Made by a program: the position numbers and the translations under genes | Shown: positions 30,576 to 38,960 of the stretch, in pieces | Position numbering within the stretch: the first letter of the stretch is position 1 | Layout: each line of letters begins with the position of its first letter | Notes under the pieces: model-generated | Databases searched by the model: none | The model's input: the letters and a program-made list of their open reading frames with translations, nothing else | What the model was told of the DNA's origin: nothing | NCBI GenBank assembly: GCA_035389045.1 | Contig: DAOORA010000035.1 | Location: forward strand, 1-42,084 | Direction: 5' to 3' | Source of the DNA: Bacteroidales bacterium | GTDB taxonomy: Bacteria; Bacteroidota; Bacteroidia; Bacteroidales; CAIWKO01 | Length of the DNA: 42,084 nucleotides

Positions 30576-31730
30576 ATGGGAGACTTTTTGACCTTTCTGA
30601 CGGAGCATTTACAACAGTTTTATGCATATACCGGCTTTGGAAATTTTACCACAGGTCATCTTATTATGATTGTTATCGGGATTATTTTTATTGCCCTGGC
30701 AATCATCAAGGATTATGAACCTTTATTGCTTGTGCCGATCGGCTTTGGTATCTTGATTGGTAACATACCTTTTTTTCCGGGATTGCAAATAGGTATTTAT
30801 GAGCCCGGCAGTGTGATGAATTATCTGCATTTTGGCGTGATGAAGGGGATTTATCCGCCCCTGATTTTTTTGGGTATAGGCGCCATGACCGATTTTTCTG
30901 CTTTAATTTCAAATCCCAAACTTATTCTTATTGGAGCTGCTGCCCAATTAGGCATTTTCGGCGCTTATACTGCATCACTGGCATTAGGTTTCGATGCGGC
31001 ACAGGCCGGCGCTATAGGAATCATTGGCGGCGCTGACGGCCCTACCGCTATTTTCCTTTCATCCAAACTTGCCCCTGAATTGATGGGAGCTATTGCCATT
31101 TCTGCGTATTCATACATGGCTCTTGTTCCGGTGATACAGCCGCCAATCATGCGTTTGCTTACAACAAAAAAAGAACGCTTGATCCGAATGAAACCTCCGC
31201 GCGTTGTGTCAAAAACTGAAAAAATACTCTTTCCTATCGTGGGATTATTATTAACCTGTTTTATAGTACCTTCGGGTTTGCCGCTCCTCGGAATGCTCTT
31301 CTTCGGAAACCTGCTGAAGGAAAGCACGGTGACAAAAAGGCTGGCTGATACAGCTAAAGGCCCACTGATCGACATTGTTACCATTCTGATTGGTATTACT
31401 GTTGGGGCTTCCACCCAGGCGGATACTTTTCTTACTTCAAAATCCATTATGATTTTCGGCCTTGGAGCATTTTCATTTATTGTGGCTACTTTTGGGGGGG
31501 TATTATTTGTTAAGATTATAAATCTCTTTCTTAAGAAAGATAATAAAATCAATCCACTAATCGGTAATTCAGGCGTATCGGCTGTTCCCGATTCTGCCAG
31601 GGTGTCGCAAATGGTCGGACTCGAATATGATAAAACAAATCATTTGTTAATGCATGCCATGGGGCCTAATGTTGCCGGAGTTATTGGCAGCGCTGTGGCG
31701 GCTGGTATCTTGCTTAGCTTCTTATATTAA
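30576..31730 (+). CDS. mmdB: Na+-translocating decarboxylase beta subunit
   Basis: IGIIGGADGPTAIF, AYSYMALVP, HAMGPNVAGVIGSA. Confidence 0.95.
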   Translation: MGDFLTFLTEHLQQFYAYTGFGNFTTGHLIMIVIGIIFIALAIIKDYEPLLLVPIGFGILIGNIPFFPGLQIGIYEPGSVMNYLHFGVMKGIYPPLIFLGIGAMTDFSALISNPKLILIGAAAQLGIFGAYTASLALGFDAAQAGAIGIIGGADGPTAIFLSSKLAPELMGAIAISAYSYMALVPVIQPPIMRLLTTKKERLIRMKPPRVVSKTEKILFPIVGLLLTCFIVPSGLPLLGMLFFGNLLKESTVTKRLADTAKGPLIDIVTILIGITVGASTQADTFLTSKSIMIFGLGAFSFIVATFGGVLFVKIINLFLKKDNKINPLIGNSGVSAVPDSARVSQMVGLEYDKTNHLLMHAMGPNVAGVIGSAVAAGILLSFLY

Positions 31731-32029
31731 CAAAGCACATACGTTGTTGATAAAGTGAATAGGAAGCCTGTTAATTTCACTTATTATATATTGTTACAAT
31801 AAAAATATAATTTATTTTTAAAATCTGACAGGCTTGATATTATGCAAGGTGATAAACTTTTATTACAAGGGTGATTTTATTGATAGTCAGAATCTTCTTT
31901 ATCCGGGGACCCTTTTCGGATTTCTGTATACTTTGATTTTCTTCCAGTTAGCTTAATAAATCAGGATATTTACCCGGCCAAAACCATCACGCAATTATAC
32001 TAACCTGCTGTTGATTTATGCATCGTTAA

Positions 32030-32188
32030 GAAATTGTTTTGATTTTATCTTTTCATATCTTTATGCGTCTTTTTTGCTGCAACTTTGTTAGATTTTTCGA
32101 CATAGGATAAACTATGTCTGCAAAATCTGCCTCGTTTCGCTAAAAAATCCATCATAAATCTTATGTAACATAAAATCAAAACAGTTTC
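32030..32188. mobile_element. 159-bp MITE with 19-bp terminal inverted repeats and TAA target duplication (IS5-family-like)
   Basis: Ends GAAATTGTTTTGATTTTAT / ATAAAATCAAAACAGTTTC (1 mismatch); TAA at 32027-32029 and 32189-32191; empty site GCATCGGTAAATCTG in the paralogous region near 34624-34638. Confidence 0.9.
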
Positions 32189-32340
32189 TAAATCTGTTTC
32201 GGTTCCTGAAAGTTTGTTATTTTTGAAGAAGTTATTCCTGCTGTTCATAAACCCGGATGATCATCAGAAATGTAGTGTTTTATTGTGGTGGAAATAACTG
32301 AATATTAATGTTTTAATGTGAAATAATGCCGCATAACACT

Positions 32341-34317
32341 ATGAAAGGTAAAGAGAATGTTCAGAAAAAAACTCAGGGGAAACCCGCTCAGAAAATACCG
32401 GTAAAAAGAACCGAAAACAAAACCATCAGCAAATGGATATGGATGGTTCTGGCCGGTATTTTTATCACCACGTTTATCATTTATCTGAAAGCGATCGGCA
32501 ACAATTTACTTATGTATTGGGACGATAACTTTTACATTACCGCTAATGACCATATCAAGGAATTGAACTGGACAACGGTAAAACTGATCTTTTCGAATTT
32601 CTATGCGAGTAACTACCAGCCTCTGACCATGCTACTGTATGCTTTTGAATATAAAACCGGGAATGGTAGCTCGGGTATTTTTCATTTTGTAAACATTTTA
32701 ATTCATCTGTGCAATACCTACCTGGTTTTTGTGTTTATCAGCAAAATTTCCCCGAAAAATGTTTGGGTAGCCTTAATTACAGCAGCATTTTTTGCCGTAC
32801 ACCCGATGCACGTTGAATCGGTTGCCTGGGTTGCCGAACGGAAAGATGTTTTATATACTTTTTTCTTCCTGTTTTCGCTTATCATGTACACCAAATACCT
32901 TACATCCGAAAGGCATAAGCACCTGGCGCTTGCGGGAGTTTTATTTGTCTTGTCCTGTCTGAGCAAATCAGCCGCTGTGGTATTGCCTTTGGTGTTATTG
33001 CTTCTGGATTACTACACCGGCAGGAGAATAGACCGGAAAATGGTTATCGAGAAGATCCCGTTTTTTGCTGTTTCACTGATATTTGGCCTGGTGGCTGTTT
33101 ATTCTCAGAAAAGTTCCGGGGTTCTTGAGAACTGGGCCCCAGAGACCTCATTCGTTGAACGCATATCCATAGTTGCATACTCATTCTCCGGTTATATATT
33201 TAAAGCGGTCTTTCCTATTAAGCTTTCTGCTGTTTATCCATATCCGGATGAAATAGGAAAAACGCTTCCCGTTATTTATTACCTCTCCGTGTTGTTTGCC
33301 GGAATCGTACTTTTTATGGTCTGGTTTTCAAAAAAGTGGGGCAAAGATGTCATTTTCGGATTTTTATTTTTTATTATTACCATCATACTGGTGATGCAGT
33401 TCATCCCCGTCGGAACGGCGACGATGGCCGACCGGTATACCTATGTGCCCTATATCGGCATCTTTTTTATTTTAGGAAAACTTTACGAACGTTTATCCCT
33501 GCATTTAAATCCGCAGCATATTAAATATGTTCTTATAATAATTTTAATATTTTTTATTGTTTTTTCGGTTGTGGCTTACCAAAGGGTGAAAAAGTGGGAA
33601 AATGACGAAACACTTTTTTCAGATGTGATCGAAAAATATCCCAACTGCACCATTGCCTATCTGAACAGGGGTAATTACTATAATGCTTATTATGCAAAAC
33701 AGGTTTATGCCGATGATAAAACATTGAGCGACAGTTATGTTCGAAAGGCTGTGAGTGATTTTGAAAACGTCTTAAAATACGAACTGATTGAAAAGAATAA
33801 ATGGAGAGCCTATTTTAACCTGGGCCTCACGTTGGGCGACCTGGACGATTATGAGGGTTCGGTGAAAAACTTTGACAAATCAATAGCCTTGAACCCCGAC
33901 CGGTATGCTTACCTGATGAGAGGAGCTCATTTTTTAAATTATTATGCTAATAAGTTATACATTAATGACAGCGCAAAACGGAAGTTATTCATTGAAAAAT
34001 CAATAAATGATTTTGAAAGTTCTTTGAAACTTACTACTGAACCAAAAGATAAAATTCAGCTTTATAAGAATATAGCCATTGCACTGATCCACATGGGCGA
34101 TTATGCCGGCGCTATCCGGAATTATGATAAAATAATTGATATTGATGCAAATGACGCAGATGTTTATGTGAAAAGGAGCGATGCCCGGTATCAACTGAAA
34201 GATTTTAAAGGCGCCCTCGACGACTGCAACAAAGCTATCGAACTCAACCCTCAGGATATAAATACGATAAAAAACCGGGATTATGTCAAATCGATCCTGG
34301 AAAATTCCGTTAAATGA
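32341..34317 (+). CDS. TMTC-like (GT-C/PMT-type) membrane glycosyltransferase with C-terminal TPRs, copy 1
   Basis: WDD acidic loop after TM1, FAVHPMHVESVAW..ERKD, LSKS, ADRYTY, TPR repeats; start 32341 by homology with copy 2 (32326 possible). Confidence 0.8.
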   Translation: MKGKENVQKKTQGKPAQKIPVKRTENKTISKWIWMVLAGIFITTFIIYLKAIGNNLLMYWDDNFYITANDHIKELNWTTVKLIFSNFYASNYQPLTMLLYAFEYKTGNGSSGIFHFVNILIHLCNTYLVFVFISKISPKNVWVALITAAFFAVHPMHVESVAWVAERKDVLYTFFFLFSLIMYTKYLTSERHKHLALAGVLFVLSCLSKSAAVVLPLVLLLLDYYTGRRIDRKMVIEKIPFFAVSLIFGLVAVYSQKSSGVLENWAPETSFVERISIVAYSFSGYIFKAVFPIKLSAVYPYPDEIGKTLPVIYYLSVLFAGIVLFMVWFSKKWGKDVIFGFLFFIITIILVMQFIPVGTATMADRYTYVPYIGIFFILGKLYERLSLHLNPQHIKYVLIIILIFFIVFSVVAYQRVKKWENDETLFSDVIEKYPNCTIAYLNRGNYYNAYYAKQVYADDKTLSDSYVRKAVSDFENVLKYELIEKNKWRAYFNLGLTLGDLDDYEGSVKNFDKSIALNPDRYAYLMRGAHFLNYYANKLYINDSAKRKLFIEKSINDFESSLKLTTEPKDKIQLYKNIAIALIHMGDYAGAIRNYDKIIDIDANDADVYVKRSDARYQLKDFKGALDDCNKAIELNPQDINTIKNRDYVKSILENSVK

Positions 34318-34448
34318 TTGTAATAGAAGTAGTTGTTAGATTATTTATTACGTAGTATCTGGACGGAAACTGTTTAACATGCAGATTATCAATAATATAA
34401 TGTTAATTAGTTTAGGTAAATTGTTACAAATGTGATGAGTTTTTTTTC

Positions 34449-34456
34449 TACCTTTG
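34449..34456 (+). promoter_or_regulatory. -7 promoter element TACCTTTG
   Basis: TAnnTTTG in the unique spacer between the duplicated genes. Confidence 0.45.
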
Positions 34457-34791
34457 ATAATGTAATGCTTGTCTGGAGCGGAAAAGACTTAAAACAGGCA
34501 CAAAACATTCGCTAATTTTCAGGAAAGAAAAAAAATCTACAAAAACATTCGCAACAAAATGAGAAAAAGATTTGAGCAACAAATCACAAAATTATACAAT
34601 CCTAATCCTGCTTATTGATTTATGCATCGGTAAATCTGTTTAGGTTCCCGATAGTTTGTTATTTTTGAAAAGTTTTTCCTGCTGTTCATAAACCCGGATG
34701 ATAATCAGAAGTATATTGTTTATATATGACGGAAATAGTTGCATATTAATATTTTACAAAGAAAAATTCGGCATAATATCATGAAAGTATC

Positions 34792-36768
34792 ATGAAAGGT
34801 AAAGATAAAGTTCAGAAAAATACTCAGGGAAAGCCCGCTAAGAAAATACCGGTAAAAAGAACCGAAAACAAAACCGTCAGTAAATTGATATGGATAGTTC
34901 TGGCCGGTATTTTCATCACCACGTTTATCATTTATCTGAAAGCGATCGGCAACAATTTACTTATGTATTGGGACGACCACTTATACATTACAAACAATGA
35001 TCATATAAAAGAATTGAACTGGATGACACTAAAACTGATCTTTTCGAATTTCTATGTGTGTCACTACCAGCCTCTGACCATGCTGCTATATGCTTTTGAA
35101 TATAAAATCGGCAACGGTCATGCCGGTATTTTTCATTTTGTAAATATTTTAATTCATCTGTGTAATACCTACCTGGTTTTTGCATTTATCAGTAAAATTT
35201 CTCCTAAAAATATTTGGGTAGCCTTAATTACAGCAGCTTTTTTTGCAGTCCACCCGATGCATGTTGAATCGGTCGCCTGGGTTGCCGAACGGAAAGATGT
35301 ATTATATGCTTTTTTCTTCCTGTTTTCGCTTATCATGTACACCAAATATCTTACATCTGAAAGTTATAAACACCTGGCGCTTGCGGGAGTTTTATTTGTA
35401 TTGTCCTGCCTGAGCAAATCAGCCGCTGTTGTATTGCCTTTGGTATTATTGCTTCTGGATTACTACACCGGCAGGAGAATAGATCGGAAACTGGTCATCG
35501 AGAAGATCCCGTTTTTTGCTGTTTCGCTGATATTTGGCCTGTTGGCTGTTTATTCTCAGAAAAGTTCCGGGATTATTGAGAACTGGGCGCCCGATACCTC
35601 TTTTATTGAACGCCTGTCCATCGTTGCATATTCGTTCTCCAGTTATATATTCAAAGCGGTCGTTCCCATACAGCTTTCTGCTGTTTATCCATACCCGGCC
35701 GGGATAGGAAGTACGCTTCCCTTTATTTATTACTTCTCCGTGTTGTTTGCAGGAATAGTACTCTTTATGGTCTGGTTTTCAAAAAGATGGGGCAAAGAGG
35801 TTATTTTCGGATTTTTATTTTTTATAATTACCATCATAATGGTAATGCAGTTCATCCCTGTCGGAATGGTGACTATGGCCGACCGGTATACATATATTCC
35901 CTATATCGGCATCTTTTTTATATTAGGAAAACTTTATGAACGCATATCAACACATTTAAATCCGCAGCATAATAAATATGTTCTGATAATAATTTTAATA
36001 TTTTTTATTGTTTTTTCGGCTGTGGCTTACCAAGGGGTGAAAAAGTGGGAAAGCGACGAAACACTTTTTTCAGATGTTATCGAAAAATATCCCAACTGCA
36101 CCATTGCCTACCTGAACAGGGGTGCTTTCTATAATGCCTATTATGCAAAATATGTTTATGCTGATGATAAAACATTGAGCGACAGTTATTTCAGAAAGGC
36201 GGTGAGTGATTTTGAAAACGTCTTAAAATGCGAACCGATAGAAAAGATTAAATGGAGAGCTTATTATAACCTGGGCTGTACCTTGGGTGACCTAGGCGAT
36301 TACGAGGGCTCGGTGAAAAACTTTGACAAATCAATAGCCCTGAACCCCGACCATTATGCTTACCAGATGAGAGGAGCGCATTTTCTTAATTATTATGCCA
36401 ACAAGGTGCATATTAACGACAGTTCAAAAAGAAAGTTTTATATTCAGAAATCAATTAGTGATTTTGAAAGTTCTTTAAAACTTACCACAGATCCAAATTA
36501 TAAGATCCAGCTATACAAAAATATAGCCATTGCCTTTATACAAATGGGCGATTATGCCGGTGCGATCCGGAATTACGATAAAATAATTGAAATTGATGGA
36601 AATAACACCGATGCTTATGTAAAAAGGAGCGATGCCCGGTATCAGCTGAAAGATTATCAAGGCGCCCTCGACGACTGCAACAAAGCTATCGAACTCAACC
36701 CTCAGGATATAAATACAATTAAAAACAGGGATTATGTCAAATCGATCGTGGAAAATTCCGTTAAATAG
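34792..36768 (+). CDS. TMTC-like membrane glycosyltransferase with TPRs, copy 2 (tandem paralogue)
   Basis: Collinear with copy 1, both 658 aa from MKGK; upstream and ~35 bp of downstream DNA also duplicated. Confidence 0.8.
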   Translation: MKGKDKVQKNTQGKPAKKIPVKRTENKTVSKLIWIVLAGIFITTFIIYLKAIGNNLLMYWDDHLYITNNDHIKELNWMTLKLIFSNFYVCHYQPLTMLLYAFEYKIGNGHAGIFHFVNILIHLCNTYLVFAFISKISPKNIWVALITAAFFAVHPMHVESVAWVAERKDVLYAFFFLFSLIMYTKYLTSESYKHLALAGVLFVLSCLSKSAAVVLPLVLLLLDYYTGRRIDRKLVIEKIPFFAVSLIFGLLAVYSQKSSGIIENWAPDTSFIERLSIVAYSFSSYIFKAVVPIQLSAVYPYPAGIGSTLPFIYYFSVLFAGIVLFMVWFSKRWGKEVIFGFLFFIITIIMVMQFIPVGMVTMADRYTYIPYIGIFFILGKLYERISTHLNPQHNKYVLIIILIFFIVFSAVAYQGVKKWESDETLFSDVIEKYPNCTIAYLNRGAFYNAYYAKYVYADDKTLSDSYFRKAVSDFENVLKCEPIEKIKWRAYYNLGCTLGDLGDYEGSVKNFDKSIALNPDHYAYQMRGAHFLNYYANKVHINDSSKRKFYIQKSISDFESSLKLTTDPNYKIQLYKNIAIAFIQMGDYAGAIRNYDKIIEIDGNNTDAYVKRSDARYQLKDYQGALDDCNKAIELNPQDINTIKNRDYVKSIVENSVK

Positions 36769-36813
36769 TTGTAATAGAAGTAGCTGTTTGATTTTTTATT
36801 ACCTATCCCGAAG

Positions 36814-37020
36814 CTAATAAGTCAGTAAAAGACGATCTGACACATTCTCGTCTTCCAATGTCTGTCCTTCCAGCTGGAAACGCCGAAGCATTGACTTTCC
36901 ACAATTGACAAATAGTTCTCTTTCAAACAAACCTTCAGGTATCGGAAGATCGGAAATATAATTCCCTGACTTTTTATGACCATCAATACTTAATGCAACC
37001 TTGACTCCCTTTGACTTTGC
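36814..37020 (-). pseudogene. 5'-truncated DNA adenine methylase (Dam/D12-like) C-terminal remnant
   Basis: Manual translation AKSKGVKVALSIDGHKKSGNYISDLPIPEGLFERELFVNCGKSMLRRFQLEGQTLEDENVSDRLLLTY*; no in-frame ATG/GTG/TTG upstream before a stop at 37075-37077; family recognised from memory. Confidence 0.65.
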
Positions 37021-37077
37021 CTGGGGGTGTTGAAAAATACTTCGTACAACCAGAAGCTTTATTTTGAAAAAAATTTA

Positions 37078-37085
37078 TATTTTTG
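37078..37085 (+). promoter_or_regulatory. -7 promoter element TATTTTTG for dnaX
   Basis: TAnnTTTG about 32 nt before the ATG. Confidence 0.5.
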
Positions 37086-37117
37086 CTGATTCCTTTATGG
37101 TGTGTTAAAATTTTTTC

Positions 37118-38809
37118 ATGGAGAACTTTATTGTTTCAGCCCGTAAATACCGGCCCTCCACATTTGATATGGTGGTGGGACAGCACTCTATTACCTCGAC
37201 GCTTAAAAACGCTATCAGATCACAGCAGTTAGCACAGGCGTTTTTATTCTGCGGACCCCGTGGCGTGGGCAAAACCACCTGCGCCCGTATCCTGGCTAAA
37301 ACCATTAACTGTCAGAACCTTACAGATAAATATGAAGCTTGCAATGTCTGCGAATCCTGTAAATCATTCGATGAGTTGACCTCTTTCAATATACACGAAC
37401 TTGATGCCGCATCCAATAATTCCGTGGATGACATACGGGCTCTCGTTGACCAGGTGCGTATTCCTCCGCAGGCCGGTAAATATAAGGTGTATATCATCGA
37501 CGAAGTGCACATGCTTTCGGCATCTGCCTTTAATGCGTTTCTGAAAACACTTGAAGAGCCTCCTTCCTATGTGAAATTCATTTTGGCTACCACCGAAAAA
37601 CATAAAATCCTGCCAACGATCTTGTCCCGCTGCCAGATATTCGATTTTAAACGTATTACCGTGGAAGATATGGCCAGATATCTGGCTTATGTGGCAGATT
37701 CCGAGAAGATTGAGGCAGAACCTGACGCCCTGCACCTTATTGCACAGAAAGCCGATGGCGCTATGCGTGATGCCCTGTCCATTTTCGATCAGATTGCCAT
37801 TTCATCCACTAATAAAATTACATTTAAGGCAGTACTTGAAAATCTGAATATTCTTGATTATGAGTATTATTTCAAGATGACGGCGCTGATATTGGAAAAC
37901 AAAGTGTTTGAGGTGCTTAACCTTATTGATAATGTGCTGGAAAACGGTTTTGAAGGCCAGATATTTCTGGCAGGATTTGCAGCCCATCTGCGCGATCTTT
38001 TAGTTTGCAAAGACCCCGTGACACTGAAACTGCTCGAAGCCAGTGAAAATATTAAAAACAAATATGCCATGCTGGCCAGGCAGTGTTCTGAAAAATTTTT
38101 GATCAGAACCCTTGATATGGCCAACAGGTTTGATTTTGATTATAAGAACAGCAATCACAAACGGCTTCATCTTGAATTGGCATTTATCCGGATGTGTGAC
38201 TTTTCGCAGCAAATAAAAACATCCGAAAATGACAACGAACCTGAAATAAAAAAAAAAACTGACACCGTAGAATCTGCCCATCCCAAGCCTCAGGATAACG
38301 TTGCAAAGACTATAGCTCCCGGCATAATTACGGAAAAACCTGTGCAGAAAAAGGTTGTTTCAGCACATTCCATTGTTTCATTAAAAGAAGAAAGCCATGA
38401 AGAGGAGGCTGTTGTTGAAGAACAGCGTATGGATTATGGTAATACTCCCTATGACATACTAATGGTCCATGAACTATGGCCCGAAATGGCAAAATTGTTC
38501 GAAAAACAGCCGAGTTTTTATGCTGCACTTATAAAACACCTGCCCGAATCGGATGAGGATGGAAAACTCAACGTCGTCTTTGAAAACAGGATGCTTATGA
38601 AAGAGTTTATTCTTAAAAAGCCCGAAATCCTTCATTTCTTCAGGTCAACTTTGAAAAATAATTCATTTGATATCTCCGCTTCGGTCACTGAAAATCCGGA
38701 CGATACGGTCAAACTCTATACGCCTGAAGCCAAATATAACCGAATGATCGAAAAAAATCCGGACCTCAAAAAACTCAAAGAACAACTGGATCTGGATATT
38801 GATTATTAA
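37118..38809 (+). CDS. dnaX: DNA polymerase III subunit gamma/tau
   Basis: ARKYRP, GPRGVGKTT, Zn-binding cysteines, IIDEVHML, LKTLEEPP, SRC. Confidence 0.97.
   Translation: MENFIVSARKYRPSTFDMVVGQHSITSTLKNAIRSQQLAQAFLFCGPRGVGKTTCARILAKTINCQNLTDKYEACNVCESCKSFDELTSFNIHELDAASNNSVDDIRALVDQVRIPPQAGKYKVYIIDEVHMLSASAFNAFLKTLEEPPSYVKFILATTEKHKILPTILSRCQIFDFKRITVEDMARYLAYVADSEKIEAEPDALHLIAQKADGAMRDALSIFDQIAISSTNKITFKAVLENLNILDYEYYFKMTALILENKVFEVLNLIDNVLENGFEGQIFLAGFAAHLRDLLVCKDPVTLKLLEASENIKNKYAMLARQCSEKFLIRTLDMANRFDFDYKNSNHKRLHLELAFIRMCDFSQQIKTSENDNEPEIKKKTDTVESAHPKPQDNVAKTIAPGIITEKPVQKKVVSAHSIVSLKEESHEEEAVVEEQRMDYGNTPYDILMVHELWPEMAKLFEKQPSFYAALIKHLPESDEDGKLNVVFENRMLMKEFILKKPEILHFFRSTLKNNSFDISASVTENPDDTVKLYTPEAKYNRMIEKNPDLKKLKEQLDLDIDY
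38248..38258 (+). other. A11 slippery run in dnaX (candidate gamma/tau switch)
   Basis: ATAAAAAAAAAAACTGACACCGTAG: TGA and TAG follow closely in the two shifted frames. Confidence 0.7.
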
Positions 38810-38902
38810 ATTCCGGAAAACATAAATGAAGATTATTGATGTTTGCTTTTAGTCTTCAACATATTGAAGGTGCGTTATTTGTGAGTGAAAACCCAAAAGT
38901 GA

Positions 38903-38910
38903 TAATTTTG
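38903..38910 (+). promoter_or_regulatory. -7 promoter element TAATTTTG
   Basis: TAnnTTTG upstream of the M16 peptidase. Confidence 0.5.
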
Positions 38911-38960
38911 TAACAAATAAAGTCAAATACAGTCAAAAAAGACAATTAAATAAAAAAACC

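Noticed and set aside
27670..31730. mce-mmd operon as a novel system
   Set aside because: It is the well-known Bacteroidales succinate-to-propionate Na+-pump operon with standard gene order.
32045..32248. 67-aa minus-strand ORF as a transposase remnant
   Set aside because: It crosses the MITE boundary and has no DDE or HTH motif.
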